A stretch of 64,000 nucleotides of DNA, taken from the NCBI RefSeq assembly GCF_015058625.1, contig NZ_SVCA01000005.1. The stretch is one strand, 5' to 3'. The position numbers and the translations under genes are program-made. Below, in pieces: positions 19,047-28,439 of the stretch (within the stretch, counting starts at the first letter, position 1; each line of letters opens with the position of its first letter). The notes under the pieces are model-generated. The model saw only the letters and a list, made by a program, of their open reading frames with translations. It had not been told where the DNA came from and did not search any database. Origin of the DNA: Selenomonas ruminantium. GTDB taxonomy: Bacteria > Bacillota > Negativicutes > Selenomonadales > Selenomonadaceae.

Positions 19047-19778
19047 ATGAAGGTACTTTGTGTTATTCCCGCCCGTTATGCATCCACCCGCTTGCCGGGC
19101 AAACCATTGAAGGACATTGCGGGCAAGCCCATGATTTGCCGGGTTTACGACCGGGCGATACAGGCCCAAAAAGTTTCGGATACCATTGTGGCGACCGATG
19201 ATGAACGTATCGTAACGGCTGTGGAAGCCAATGGGGGCAAGGCCATGATGACCAGGGCTGACCATCCCACCGGCACTGACCGGCTGGCCGAAGTGGCCGC
19301 AGCATTCCCGGATGTGGATTTGATCATCAACGTGCAGGGGGATGAACCGCTGATTGAACCGGGACTCATTGATGAACTGGCCGCTGTTTTTGAGATGGAC
19401 AGTGAACTCAAGATGGCTACCGTCAAGACAGAGATGACGGAGCGGGCGGAAATCGAGAACCCCAATAATGTAAAAGTTGTAACCGACAAAAATGGTTATG
19501 CCCTTTACTTTTCCCGTTCGGTAATGCCGTATCCGCGCAATGAAGGCTGCCCGGTGTATAAGCATATTGGCATTTATGCCTACAAGCGGGATTTCCTGCT
19601 TAGCTATGCGAAGATGGAATCTACTCCGCTGGAGCAGTCGGAGTCTTTAGAGCAGCTGCGTGCACTGGAAAATGGCTACCGCATTAAGGTGGTCGAGACA
19701 AAAGCGAAGTTTGTTGGTGTTGATACTGCCGAAGACTTGGCGAAGGTCAACGAGATATACAAATCGAAAGGAGCTTGA
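19047..19778 (+). CDS. kdsB: 3-deoxy-manno-octulosonate cytidylyltransferase (CMP-Kdo synthetase) KdsB
   Basis: The N-terminus [21 protein letters not shown] is followed by IVATDD and NVQGDEP motifs. Confidence 0.85.
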   Translation: MKVLCVIPARYASTRLPGKPLKDIAGKPMICRVYDRAIQAQKVSDTIVATDDERIVTAVEANGGKAMMTRADHPTGTDRLAEVAAAFPDVDLIINVQGDEPLIEPGLIDELAAVFEMDSELKMATVKTEMTERAEIENPNNVKVVTDKNGYALYFSRSVMPYPRNEGCPVYKHIGIYAYKRDFLLSYAKMESTPLEQSESLEQLRALENGYRIKVVETKAKFVGVDTAEDLAKVNEIYKSKGA

Positions 19779-19780
19779 AT

Positions 19781-20608
19781 ATGAATCAGGTTAAAGTTGG
19801 TAATTATGTGATTGGTGGCGGAGAAAAGCTGACTTTGCTGGCTGGTCCCTGTGTGTTGGAAGGTCTGGATCGTTGCCTGCTGATTGGCCGTACCATCAAG
19901 GAAATCTGCCAGCGTTTGGACATCAACTATGTATTTAAGGCTTCCTTCGATAAGGCGAACCGTTCTTCCTATCATAGCTTCCGTGGCCCTGGCCTGAAAA
20001 AGGGCATTGAGATGCTCAAAAAAATCAAGGAAGAATTGCAGGTTCCTGTAGTTACGGATATCCATGAGTCCGCGCAGGCTAAGCCTGTGGCTGAAGTGGC
20101 CGATATCCTGCAGATTCCTGCGTTCCTCTGTCGTCAGACGGACCTTCTGCATGCCGCTGCTCAGACCGGGCGTGTGGTCAACGTGAAGAAGGGCCAGTTC
20201 CTGGCGCCTGAGGACATGCGCAATGTGGTGGACAAGCTCCACGAAAGCGGCTGTGACCAGATGATGCTCACCGAGCGCGGTGCTTCCTTTGGTTATCACA
20301 ATCTGGTGGTGGATATGCGTTCCCTGCCTATCATGCGCTCCTTCGGTTATCCTGTGGTAATGGATGGCACGCACAGTGTGCAGCTTCCGGGCGGCAATGG
20401 CACGACTTCTGCCGGCAACCGCGAGTATGTGGAATATCTGGTGCGGGCTGCTGTGGCTGCCGGTGTGGATGCACTCTTTTTGGAAGTTCACGACAATCCG
20501 GAGGAGGCCCTGTCCGATGGTGCCAACATGGTTTACCTGGACAAGCTGGAAGACCTCTTGAAGGATGCTGTTGCCATTCACGAAATCGTCCGTCATAAGC
20601 AGAACTGA
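19781..20608 (+). CDS. kdsA: 2-dehydro-3-deoxyphosphooctonate aldolase (Kdo8P synthase) KdsA
   Basis: ATG at 19781 has an AAAGGAG RBS. The listed ORF start at 19775 overlaps the kdsB stop. It belongs to the DAHP/Kdo8P synthase TIM-barrel family (LAGPCVLE..., [12 protein letters not shown]). Confidence 0.85.
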   Translation: MNQVKVGNYVIGGGEKLTLLAGPCVLEGLDRCLLIGRTIKEICQRLDINYVFKASFDKANRSSYHSFRGPGLKKGIEMLKKIKEELQVPVVTDIHESAQAKPVAEVADILQIPAFLCRQTDLLHAAAQTGRVVNVKKGQFLAPEDMRNVVDKLHESGCDQMMLTERGASFGYHNLVVDMRSLPIMRSFGYPVVMDGTHSVQLPGGNGTTSAGNREYVEYLVRAAVAAGVDALFLEVHDNPEEALSDGANMVYLDKLEDLLKDAVAIHEIVRHKQN

Positions 20609-20638
20609 TTTAAGCTTTAGTAAATCGAGGGGATAAGA

Positions 20639-21616
20639 TTGATCAACAAGATAAAAGAAGCGGCACTGGAAACCCTCACCATTGAGGCGTCTGCCGTAGA
20701 AAAACTCAAGGAACGCATTGACGAGGAATTTGTGGCGGCAGTCCAGTGTATTCTGGACTGTAAAGCCAGAGTCGTGGTAACCGGCATGGGCAAATCCGGT
20801 CATGTGGGCCGCAAGATGGCCGCTACCTTTGCCAGCACTGGCACGCCGGCCTTCTTCATGCATCCCGGTGAAGCGTTCCATGGCGATTTGGGCATGGTGA
20901 CGGAAAATGATGTGGTTATTGCCATTTCCAACAGTGGTGAGTCGGCAGAAGTGGTCAACATCCTGCCGATTATCCGCCGCATTGGCGCTCGCATCATTGC
21001 CATGTGCGGACGCCGTGATTCGCAGCTCGGCAAGGCTGCTGACCATTTTATCGATATCGGCGTGGAAAAAGAAGCCTGCCCCCTGGGACTGGCTCCGACT
21101 GCCAGTACCACGGCCACGTTGGCCATGGGCGATGCTCTGGCTATCGCCCTCATGAGTGTTCGGGACTTCACGAGTCAGGATTTTGCCCTGTTCCATCCGG
21201 GCGGAGCTTTGGGCCGTAAACTCTTGCTCACCGTCAAAAATGTCATGCACACGGGCGAGGAAAATCCCTTGGTGCATAAGGATAAGACGGCGAAGGACGC
21301 TCTCTTTATCATGACGGACAAGGGCTTGGGCGCCGCATCGGTTATCGATGACAGCGGCAAGCTGGTAGGCATCATCACCGATGGTATCATCCGCCGGGCA
21401 CTGGCCAAGGATTATAAATTCCTGGACGAAGCCGTGGGCAATATCATGTTCGAAACGCCGCTGACCATCAAGCAGGAGGCCATGGCTTCGGCGGCCCTCT
21501 CTGTTATGGAAAAACACAAACCGCGCCCCGTTACGGTGCTGCCGGTTATTGATGACAATAAAATTCCTGTGGGTATTATTCATTTGACTGACCTTTTGCG
21601 TCAAGGAGTGGTATAA
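20639..21616 (+). CDS. kdsD: Arabinose-5-phosphate isomerase KdsD/KpsF (SIS plus tandem CBS domains)
   Basis: TTG start. The SIS domain motif is VVVTGMGKSGHVGRKMAATFASTGTPAFFMHPGEAFHGDLG. C-terminal CBS pairs follow. Confidence 0.8.
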   Translation: MINKIKEAALETLTIEASAVEKLKERIDEEFVAAVQCILDCKARVVVTGMGKSGHVGRKMAATFASTGTPAFFMHPGEAFHGDLGMVTENDVVIAISNSGESAEVVNILPIIRRIGARIIAMCGRRDSQLGKAADHFIDIGVEKEACPLGLAPTASTTATLAMGDALAIALMSVRDFTSQDFALFHPGGALGRKLLLTVKNVMHTGEENPLVHKDKTAKDALFIMTDKGLGAASVIDDSGKLVGIITDGIIRRALAKDYKFLDEAVGNIMFETPLTIKQEAMASAALSVMEKHKPRPVTVLPVIDDNKIPVGIIHLTDLLRQGVV

Positions 21617-22185
21617 TGGAGATTCACAGCAAAGCAATCGAAGCTGCCAGGAAGATAAAACTGATTATTTTCGATGTGGATGGCGTTTTGACGGACGGCG
21701 GCATTTATATCGGCGAGCAGGGGGAATTGTACAAGCCCTTCTATTGCCGGGACGGCCTGGGCATAACTCTGGCGCATAAGCTGGGGCTCAAGACCGCCAT
21801 CATCACGGGCCGTAAGTCTAAACAGGTGGCCTTCCGTGCCAAGGAACTGCATATCAGCGAGGTATTTCAGGGCAATTCCGACAAGCGGGAAGCCTATGAT
21901 GAGCTGAAGAAGCATACCGGTCTTTGCGATGAAGAAATCGCCTACATCGGTGACGACCTTATCGATTTGCCCATCATGCTGCAGGTCGGTCTGCCCATGG
22001 CGGTGTCTGATGCCATTCCCGATGTGCGCATGCATTCGTTGGTGGTTTCCTGCTGCCCCGGCGGCAGAGGTGCTGTCCGGGAACTGCTGGAATTCATCTT
22101 CAAGGCCCAGGGCAAATGGGAGGATTTAATGGCCAGCTTTTTGATTCCGGTGAAATCCGAGGAAAATGCCGGCCTGATACAGTAA
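21616..22185 (+). CDS. kdsC: Kdo-8-phosphate phosphatase KdsC (HAD superfamily)
   Basis: The start overlaps the kdsD stop (TAATG). The HAD motif is LIIFDVDGVLTDG and the size is typical for KdsC. Its C-terminus is a little longer than usual. Confidence 0.75.
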   Translation: MEIHSKAIEAARKIKLIIFDVDGVLTDGGIYIGEQGELYKPFYCRDGLGITLAHKLGLKTAIITGRKSKQVAFRAKELHISEVFQGNSDKREAYDELKKHTGLCDEEIAYIGDDLIDLPIMLQVGLPMAVSDAIPDVRMHSLVVSCCPGGRGAVRELLEFIFKAQGKWEDLMASFLIPVKSEENAGLIQ

Positions 22186-22218
22186 GGCAAGTAATGTAAT
22201 TTTGGGGGAAGAAGATTA

Positions 22219-23130
22219 ATGCAGTATAAATTTGTGATGTTTATGAGCTGGGTGGTGCGTCATACCCCCTATAAACTCGTAATGGCTGCCGGCTGGGTAC
22301 TGGGACAGCTATACTATCTCCTGATTAAGAAGCAGCGGGAACTGGCAGTGGCACAGATTATGCCTGCCTTGGGGCTCAATGAAGCGGAGGCGCGCAGAAC
22401 CGTGCGGGATTCCTTTGTGAATCTGGCACGCAATGTGCTCGAAATCCTCTATATGCCCAAGCTGACCCCCAAGAACTTTCACGAGTATATTGAAATTGAC
22501 CATCTGGAGCGCATGACGGACGCCCTGGCGGAAGGCCATGGGGTCGTGGTGCTCACCGGTCATATCGGCACCTGGGAGTGGCTGTCGGCGGCTTTTACCA
22601 TGAACGGCCTGCCGGTAACGGCCATTGCCAAGCCCCAACCAAATATGCAGTATACCAATGCCCTGAATGATTTGCGCAAGACCATCAACGTGGAGATTTT
22701 TTCCCGGGGGACAAGCGAGCTGCTCGCGGCGGCTAAGGCACTCAAAAAAGGAAAAATCCTGGGCTTCCTGGCGGATCAGGACGGCGGCCCCAATGGTGCA
22801 TTCCTGCCCTTCTTTGGCAAGCTGGCCGCAACCCCCATGGGCCCGGCGGTTTTTGCCTGCAAATTTAAGGCGCCGGTGCTGCCCGCCTTCATCCTGCGCC
22901 AGAAGAATGGTAAGCATAAAGTGGTGATTGGCGAAGTCATGCGGTACGAGGATACCGGCGATACGGACAAGGATTTGTTCGACTTCACCGTGAAGATGAC
23001 GAAAATAATCGAAGATATTATCCGGGAAAACCCCACCCAGTGGCTGTGGTTCCAGAAGCGGTGGAATACGCCCCCGGAACAGCAGAATGTGGGCAAGCAC
23101 CACACGGTTAAAGCACAGGAGGAAGCCTGA
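22219..23130 (+). CDS. Second lipid A late acyltransferase, LpxL/LpxM (HtrB/MsbB) family
   Basis: The acyltransferase core HIGTWEWL...GLPVTAI...FLADQD is paralogous to the gene at 9419-10312. It lies between kdsC and lptC. Confidence 0.65.
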   Translation: MQYKFVMFMSWVVRHTPYKLVMAAGWVLGQLYYLLIKKQRELAVAQIMPALGLNEAEARRTVRDSFVNLARNVLEILYMPKLTPKNFHEYIEIDHLERMTDALAEGHGVVVLTGHIGTWEWLSAAFTMNGLPVTAIAKPQPNMQYTNALNDLRKTINVEIFSRGTSELLAAAKALKKGKILGFLADQDGGPNGAFLPFFGKLAATPMGPAVFACKFKAPVLPAFILRQKNGKHKVVIGEVMRYEDTGDTDKDLFDFTVKMTKIIEDIIRENPTQWLWFQKRWNTPPEQQNVGKHHTVKAQEEA

Positions 23131-23687
23131 TGGACAAGAAGCGCAAGTTTTTGCTTGGCGCAGGACTGGCAGTTTTTATCGCTGCGATTGTTTGGGCGGT
23201 GGTTACCGTTCCGGATACACCTTCGCCGGATGCTGACCCCAATAGTGGGCAGTTTATGAGTTATGATGGCAATGTACTCAGCGAGGAAAAGAACGGCCGC
23301 AAAATCTGGGATTTGACAGCGGAACATATCGATGTGGATGTGAAGACCCGCGACGCCAAACTGGAAAAACTGAAAGGTCATTTTTATGCCGAGGATGGCC
23401 GGGTGGTGGAAGTAACCGCTGATAAGGGTACTTATGAGGATAAGACCAAGAACATTGTCATTGCCGGCAATGTGGATGTGAAAAACAGCGATGGTGCCAG
23501 GTTGACCAGTGATGAACTGCGCTGGGAGGCTGCCAAGCAGCTGCTGGCTGCTGTGGGCAGTGCCAAGGTCACGAAAGAAGATATGCTGGCTACGGGTGAG
23601 CGGATTGAAAGCAGTGACGGCTTCAACAAAGTCAAGGTGATTGGCAAAGCCCATCTGGCCAAAGGAGGAAATACAAATGCAAAATAA
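23130..23687 (+). CDS. lptC: LPS export protein LptC-like (N-terminal TM anchor plus periplasmic beta-jellyroll)
   Basis: The start overlaps the upstream stop (TGATG). It has a single N-terminal TM helix (LLGAGLAVFIAAIVWAVV) and is about 185 aa. Its position immediately upstream of lptA-lptB supports the call. Confidence 0.5.
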   Translation: MDKKRKFLLGAGLAVFIAAIVWAVVTVPDTPSPDADPNSGQFMSYDGNVLSEEKNGRKIWDLTAEHIDVDVKTRDAKLEKLKGHFYAEDGRVVEVTADKGTYEDKTKNIVIAGNVDVKNSDGARLTSDELRWEAAKQLLAAVGSAKVTKEDMLATGERIESSDGFNKVKVIGKAHLAKGGNTNAK

Positions 23688-24360
23688 GATGAGAAAGCTT
23701 TTATTGACCCTTTGCTTGACCGCAGCTCTGCCGGTGGGCACTCTGCTGGCCGCAAATGAACCGGCCAGCCTGGATGCTGACACGGTGGAATACGATATGA
23801 AAAGCGGCCTGGCTATAGCCACTGGTGATGTGCTGATGAAGCAGGGCAATGCTAAGGTTACCGGTGCCAAAGCTACCTACAATTCCAAGACGCAGGAGGG
23901 TACCGTGGAAGGCAATGTTATCGCTGTGCGTGACGACTTGCGCGTTACTTGCGACAAGGTTGTCTCCGATGGTCAGGGCCATATGAGTGCCACGGGGAAT
24001 GTGCATGGTGTTCAGGGCCAGAAGACCTTTACGGGTGAACATGTGGACTACTATCCCAATCAGAACAAATATGTGAAAATCCCTACGGGCGGCACCATTA
24101 CGGATGGCGGCGACACCTTCACGGCTGACTATATGGAAGGCTGGCTGGATGATGAACATTACATCGGCAAGGGCAATGTTCATGTCAACAGTCCGTCCCG
24201 CAAGATGGAAGCCGGCGGCGACCACGCCGATTACGTGGGCAAGGAACAGGGCCGCGTCATCATGACCGGCAATGCCTGGGCCATTCAGGAAAACAATACC
24301 ATGAAGAGCAATAAACTAACCCTTTATCTTGACCCCAATGGCAGAGCCAAGGTCAAGTAA
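23677..24360 (+). CDS. lptA: LPS transport periplasmic protein LptA (OstA N-terminal-like)
   Basis: ATG at 23677 has an AAAGGAGGAAA RBS. It has a signal peptide and OstA-like repeats (LDADTVEYDMKSGLAIATGDVLMKQGNAKVTGAKATYN...). The listed 23641 start overlaps lptC. Confidence 0.6.
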   Translation: MQNKMRKLLLTLCLTAALPVGTLLAANEPASLDADTVEYDMKSGLAIATGDVLMKQGNAKVTGAKATYNSKTQEGTVEGNVIAVRDDLRVTCDKVVSDGQGHMSATGNVHGVQGQKTFTGEHVDYYPNQNKYVKIPTGGTITDGGDTFTADYMEGWLDDEHYIGKGNVHVNSPSRKMEAGGDHADYVGKEQGRVIMTGNAWAIQENNTMKSNKLTLYLDPNGRAKVK

Positions 24361-24379
24361 GGGGATGTAACGATAAAAT

Positions 24380-25114
24380 TTGGAGGGCAGAGCTTTGCAT
24401 ATTGAGGCAAAAAATCTGGTAAAAAAGTTTAAGGAACACACCGCGGTGGACCGGGTGTCCCTGCGTGTAGAAAAGGGGGAAATCGTAGGCCTCTTAGGTC
24501 CTAACGGTGCCGGTAAGACCACATCCTTCTACATGATTGTGGGCTTGGAGCAGCCGACCTCCGGTGAGGTGTTCCTGTCCGATGTGAATATCACCAAAAT
24601 GCCCATGTATCGCCGGGCTTCTTTGGGAATCAGCTATTTGACCCAGGAGTCCTCCATTTTCCGCAAACTCACAGTGGAAGAAAATATCATGGCCATTTTG
24701 GAGACCACGGAACTTTCCAAGGCTGAACAGAGAAACAAGTTCGAGGAGCTTTTGGAGGAGTTTCATATCACCCATGTGCGTAAACGCAAGGGCACAGAAC
24801 TTTCCGGCGGTGAGCGCCGCCGGGTGGAAATTGCCCGCTGTCTGGCGCTGGAGCCGCAGTTCATCCTGTTGGATGAACCCTTTGCCGGTGTTGACCCGCT
24901 GGCTGTGGCAGACATTCAGGAGATTATCCAGTACCTGCGTCAGCGGGGCATGGGCATCCTGATTACGGACCACAATGTGCGCGAGACCTTGCAGATTGTG
25001 GACAGGGCCTATATACTGAGTGAAGGTAAAATTCTGCTGGAGGGCGACAGCCACACGATTGCGGAGAGCCCCATCGCGCGGAAATTTTATCTCGGCGAGA
25101 ACTTTACCTTGTAA
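24380..25114 (+). CDS. lptB: LPS export ABC transporter ATP-binding protein LptB
   Basis: It has Walker A (GPNGAGKTT), signature [16 protein letters not shown], Walker B ([12 protein letters not shown]) and an H-loop. The start is either TTG at 24380 or TTG at 24395, the latter with a GGAGGG RBS. Confidence 0.8.
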   Translation: MEGRALHIEAKNLVKKFKEHTAVDRVSLRVEKGEIVGLLGPNGAGKTTSFYMIVGLEQPTSGEVFLSDVNITKMPMYRRASLGISYLTQESSIFRKLTVEENIMAILETTELSKAEQRNKFEELLEEFHITHVRKRKGTELSGGERRRVEIARCLALEPQFILLDEPFAGVDPLAVADIQEIIQYLRQRGMGILITDHNVRETLQIVDRAYILSEGKILLEGDSHTIAESPIARKFYLGENFTL

Positions 25115-25125
25115 GGAGAACAGAT

Positions 25126-26226
25126 ATGCGATTGCGAATTTTGGACAAATATATATTCCGCGAGGTTTTCATGACCTTCGTCTTTGGCATTTGCGCGTTC
25201 TCTGCGGTGTTCATCGGTTCGGGGACATTATTCCGGATTGCTCAGTACATAACGGATTATGGCGCTTCTTTGCAGGCGGTCATCAAAATCTTCATCTTTG
25301 GCCTGCCCGGTGTCGTTATGTGGACCTTTCCGATGTCCATGTTGCTGGCGACACTTTTGACCTTCGGCCGCCTGTCCGGCAACAGTGAGATAACGGCCAT
25401 GAAGTCCTGCGGCATCAGCTTTTCCCGTATTGCCATGCCCGCCCTTGTCCTTGGCTTCATTGTCAGCATCGGGGCGATTGCCTTCAATGAATACGTAGTT
25501 CCTTGGGCAAATACTGCTTACCGCAATGTGCTCTATTACGAGATTCAGGGCAATACGACCATGAAGAGTCAGGAACACATTATTCTTAAGGAAATTTCCG
25601 AGGGCAAGATGCAGCGTCTGGCTTATGCGCGTCTCTTTAATGCCGAGACCCAGCAGCTGCAGGGCGTTACATTGCAGGAATTTGGCCCGGACGGCAAGGT
25701 GAAGCATGTAGAAAATGCAGATTTTGCGGACTGGGATGGCAAGAAATGGGTCATGCATAACGGCGTCATCTACGATATTTCCGAGAATGAAGACCAGAGC
25801 GAACATATGATTCGCTTTAAGACTCAGGTGCTTCCGATTGCTTCGAATCCTCAGCAGATTGTCCGGGAACAGAAGGAACTGGAAGAGATGACCATGAAGG
25901 AACTGCGGGCGCAGATTGAAATCATGAAGACCCAGTATGTCAATACGAGTGCATTGGAAGCTGAGCTCTATCAGCGTGTGACGGTTCCTCTGGCCAGCTT
26001 GATATTTGCGCTGGTCGGTGTGCCCTTGGGGCTGCAGCCGACCCGCAACAGTTCATCGGCAGGTTTTGCGATGAGCGTCATCATTATCTTTGTTTACTAT
26101 GCGCTGATGACCATGGGCAGCGCTCTGGCACGCAGTGAGGCCTTGCCGCCGCTGCTGGCTGTTTGGCTGCCCAACATTATCGGTCTTATCTCAGGCGGTT
26201 TACTCATCAGGCGGGCGGCCCGCTAA
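25126..26226 (+). CDS. lptF: LPS export permease LptF/LptG family (YjgP/YjgQ)
   Basis: The N-terminus ILDKYIFREVFMTFVFG is typical of LptF/G. It has TM helices with a large periplasmic loop. Only one such permease gene is present in the cluster. Confidence 0.75.
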   Translation: MRLRILDKYIFREVFMTFVFGICAFSAVFIGSGTLFRIAQYITDYGASLQAVIKIFIFGLPGVVMWTFPMSMLLATLLTFGRLSGNSEITAMKSCGISFSRIAMPALVLGFIVSIGAIAFNEYVVPWANTAYRNVLYYEIQGNTTMKSQEHIILKEISEGKMQRLAYARLFNAETQQLQGVTLQEFGPDGKVKHVENADFADWDGKKWVMHNGVIYDISENEDQSEHMIRFKTQVLPIASNPQQIVREQKELEEMTMKELRAQIEIMKTQYVNTSALEAELYQRVTVPLASLIFALVGVPLGLQPTRNSSSAGFAMSVIIIFVYYALMTMGSALARSEALPPLLAVWLPNIIGLISGGLLIRRAAR

Positions 26227-26249
26227 ATTTTGGGAAAGGTGGTTGACAG

Positions 26250-27440
26250 ATGTCAGGAATATCCTTGATTACCGTGCTGGTTATTACCGGCGGGGTAATC
26301 GCCTTTATCGGGGACAGGCTCGGCACGAAAATCGGCAAGAAACGCCTGTCGATTTTCGGCCTGCGTCCCCGGCATACATCCATAATCATTACGATATTCA
26401 CCGGTATTGTCATTACCACTCTGACGTTTGGCGTAATGGCAGCGGCTTCGGATAATGTGCGTACTGCACTCTTCGGCATGGAGAAGCTGAACCGTACCAT
26501 GCAGGAGACGAAAAACAATCTGGAGAATACACAGGCGGATTTGGCTATGGCTAAGTTCGAGCAGGAAAAGACGGATGCAGCCTTGCAGCAGTCCAAAGCG
26601 GATGTAGACAGACTCAACAAGCAGCAGAAAACCTTGGAGGAAGAGGCTGCTAAGCTGCAGTCCGGCATTACCGAGCTGGAAAGTGCCAAGGCACAGCTGA
26701 CGGCAAAGAATGAGGAACTGTCCGGCTCCAATGAGAAGCTCCTGGCGGCAAATGACAAGCTGACCGACGACAACAAATCCTTGGAGCAGCGTACGCAACA
26801 GCTCCGGGATGGTCTGATTACCATTCGCGAAGGCGACATCGCCTTCCGCGCCGGAGAAATCATTGCCAGCGGCGTAATCCGGGGCAATCGCTCCGTGGAG
26901 GATGTGGCCGCAGATATGCAGACGCTGGCGGCTCTGGCCAATCGCAATGTATCGGCCCGCTTTGGCAGTGACCGTTCCGACAAGGAAATCTGGATTTACC
27001 AGCCCGAATACGATACGGCGGTAGAAAACATTGCCAAGAGTTCCCGGGATATGGTGGTACGCATTGTGGCAGCCGGCAATTTGGTGCGGGGCGAGGAAGT
27101 CCGCACCAATCTGGAGCTTTATCCCAACAGTGTGATTTTCCGGGATAAGGAATTCATCATTGCCCGTCCTTATGACATGATGGATGGTTCGGATGCAGAA
27201 GCGGAACAGACCATTATGACCTTCCTGAAGGACGTAAACTTTACCGCTACATCCAAAGGCATTCTGCCTGACCCCTTGCGGGGGACTGTGGGGGTAATGG
27301 AAGGAGCTCAGTTCTACGAGATTGTAGCGCAGCTCCGCGGCCAGCGGGGGCCGGTGATTCTTTCTGCCTATGCCAACGGCAACACCGATGCTTCCGGGCC
27401 CTTGCGTCTGAAGATAAATGTGGAGAAAAACACGCAATGA
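26250..27440 (+). CDS. DUF3084-like membrane-anchored coiled-coil protein
   Basis: Two N-terminal TM helices are followed by a long coiled coil (QADLAMAKFEQEKTDAALQQSKADVDRLNKQQKTLEEEAAKLQSG...). A C-terminal globular domain follows. Confidence 0.5.
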   Translation: MSGISLITVLVITGGVIAFIGDRLGTKIGKKRLSIFGLRPRHTSIIITIFTGIVITTLTFGVMAAASDNVRTALFGMEKLNRTMQETKNNLENTQADLAMAKFEQEKTDAALQQSKADVDRLNKQQKTLEEEAAKLQSGITELESAKAQLTAKNEELSGSNEKLLAANDKLTDDNKSLEQRTQQLRDGLITIREGDIAFRAGEIIASGVIRGNRSVEDVAADMQTLAALANRNVSARFGSDRSDKEIWIYQPEYDTAVENIAKSSRDMVVRIVAAGNLVRGEEVRTNLELYPNSVIFRDKEFIIARPYDMMDGSDAEAEQTIMTFLKDVNFTATSKGILPDPLRGTVGVMEGAQFYEIVAQLRGQRGPVILSAYANGNTDASGPLRLKINVEKNTQ

Positions 27441-27847
27441 CTATCGCAGCCCTCGACCCCGGCCGGGACAAATGCGGTTTCGCCGTTCTGGACGGTGAGG
27501 GGCAGGTCCTGACCCAGCGGGTCATCGAGACAGACAAACTCATAGAAGAAGTAACTGCGGCTAAAGCTGACTACGGCTTTAGCCGTCTCGTTATCGGCAA
27601 CGGCACCACCAGCAAAATCGCCCAAGGGCGGCTGAAAGAAGTGCCGGAGCTTACGGTGCTGGTGCGGGATGAATACCGCACCACGGAACTAGCCAAGGGA
27701 GAATACTGGAAGGCTAATCCGCCCAAGGGCTGGCGGCGTCTCATCCCCGTCACCATGCAGGTGCCGCCGGTGCCTGTGGATGATTTTGTGGCGGTTATCT
27801 TAGCCCGCCGCTTTTTACAGGAAGAACAGCAGAGCAAAGGAGAGTAA
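27437..27847 (+). CDS. RuvC-like resolvase / YqgF (pre-16S rRNA nuclease) family protein
   Basis: The start overlaps the upstream stop (ATGA). It has an RNase H-like fold. Motifs are IAALDPGRDKCGFAVLD (catalytic Asp), VIGNGTTSK, DEYRTTELAK and DDFVAVILARRFL. These match the YqgF/RuvC-like family pattern. Confidence 0.5.
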   Translation: MTIAALDPGRDKCGFAVLDGEGQVLTQRVIETDKLIEEVTAAKADYGFSRLVIGNGTTSKIAQGRLKEVPELTVLVRDEYRTTELAKGEYWKANPPKGWRRLIPVTMQVPPVPVDDFVAVILARRFLQEEQQSKGE

Positions 27848-27851
27848 CGAA

Positions 27852-28322
27852 ATGGAGCAGAACAAGAATTCCCAGCCGCGTCCCGATTGGACGGAGTATT
27901 TCCTCGACATTGCCCGGGCGGTTGGCCGCAGGGCTACCTGTCTGCGCCGCCGCTATGGTGCGATTATCGTCAAGGATCATATCATCATCAGCACCGGCTA
28001 TAACGGCGCTCCGCGTGGGGAAGCTAACTGCATCGACACGGGCATCTGCGAGCGGGAACGGCTCCATGTGCCCAAAGGGCAGAACTACGAGCTCTGCGTG
28101 GCCGTCCATGCCGAGCAGAACGCCATCATCAACGCTGACCCTGCCGCTATGGAGGGGGCTACTATCTACATCGTGGGCATCAATGCAGACGGCACATTGG
28201 CCTCCGGCAAACCCTGCCTGCTGTGCCGCCGCATGCTGCGCAATGCCAAGCTCGGACAGGTGATTTATTACGAAACCGATGGTACGATTATCACCTGCCG
28301 TCCCGATGAAATTCATGATTAA
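27852..28322 (+). CDS. dCMP / cytidine-deoxycytidylate deaminase (ComEB-like)
   Basis: The zinc-binding motifs HAEQNAI and PCLLCRRML are the CMP/dCMP deaminase signature. The protein is 156 aa. Confidence 0.8.
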   Translation: MEQNKNSQPRPDWTEYFLDIARAVGRRATCLRRRYGAIIVKDHIIISTGYNGAPRGEANCIDTGICERERLHVPKGQNYELCVAVHAEQNAIINADPAAMEGATIYIVGINADGTLASGKPCLLCRRMLRNAKLGQVIYYETDGTIITCRPDEIHD

Positions 28323-28359
28323 AAATCTCTTAAAAAATTGCGCTTTCAGCTTATTTTCA

Positions 28360-28388
28360 TTGACACTATAGGCCCGCTGCGCTAAAAT
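28360..28388 (+). promoter_or_regulatory. Consensus sigma-70 promoter (TTGACA-17-TAAAAT) upstream of wecA
   Basis: TTGACA is at 28360-28365 and TAAAAT at 28383-28388. Confidence 0.45.
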
Positions 28389-28439
28389 AGGCTTGTTATG
28401 AATTTCTAGTTATTTATGAGAAAAAGAGGTGCTACTTGT

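Noticed and set aside
16548-19565. 1005-aa minus-strand ORF and several other very long antisense ORFs (19676-21637, 43030-44553, 48536-50086, 57055-58221, 58387-60282, 60603-61613, 26253-27437, 63029-63718)
   Set aside because: All lie antisense to + strand genes with unambiguous family motifs (waaA-lpxK, kdsA/kdsD, GGDEF-EAL, sucD, MurA, LptF and others). Their products are low-complexity Arg/His/Gly-rich strings with no motifs. Long open antisense frames are an expected artefact of GC-rich codon bias.
27852-28322. Possibility that the deaminase is an anti-phage dCTP/dCMP-deaminase defence gene
   Set aside because: At 156 aa it is a minimal housekeeping ComEB-type dCMP deaminase with only the zinc-binding HAE/PCxxC core. 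Defence-type deaminases carry additional large N-terminal domains.
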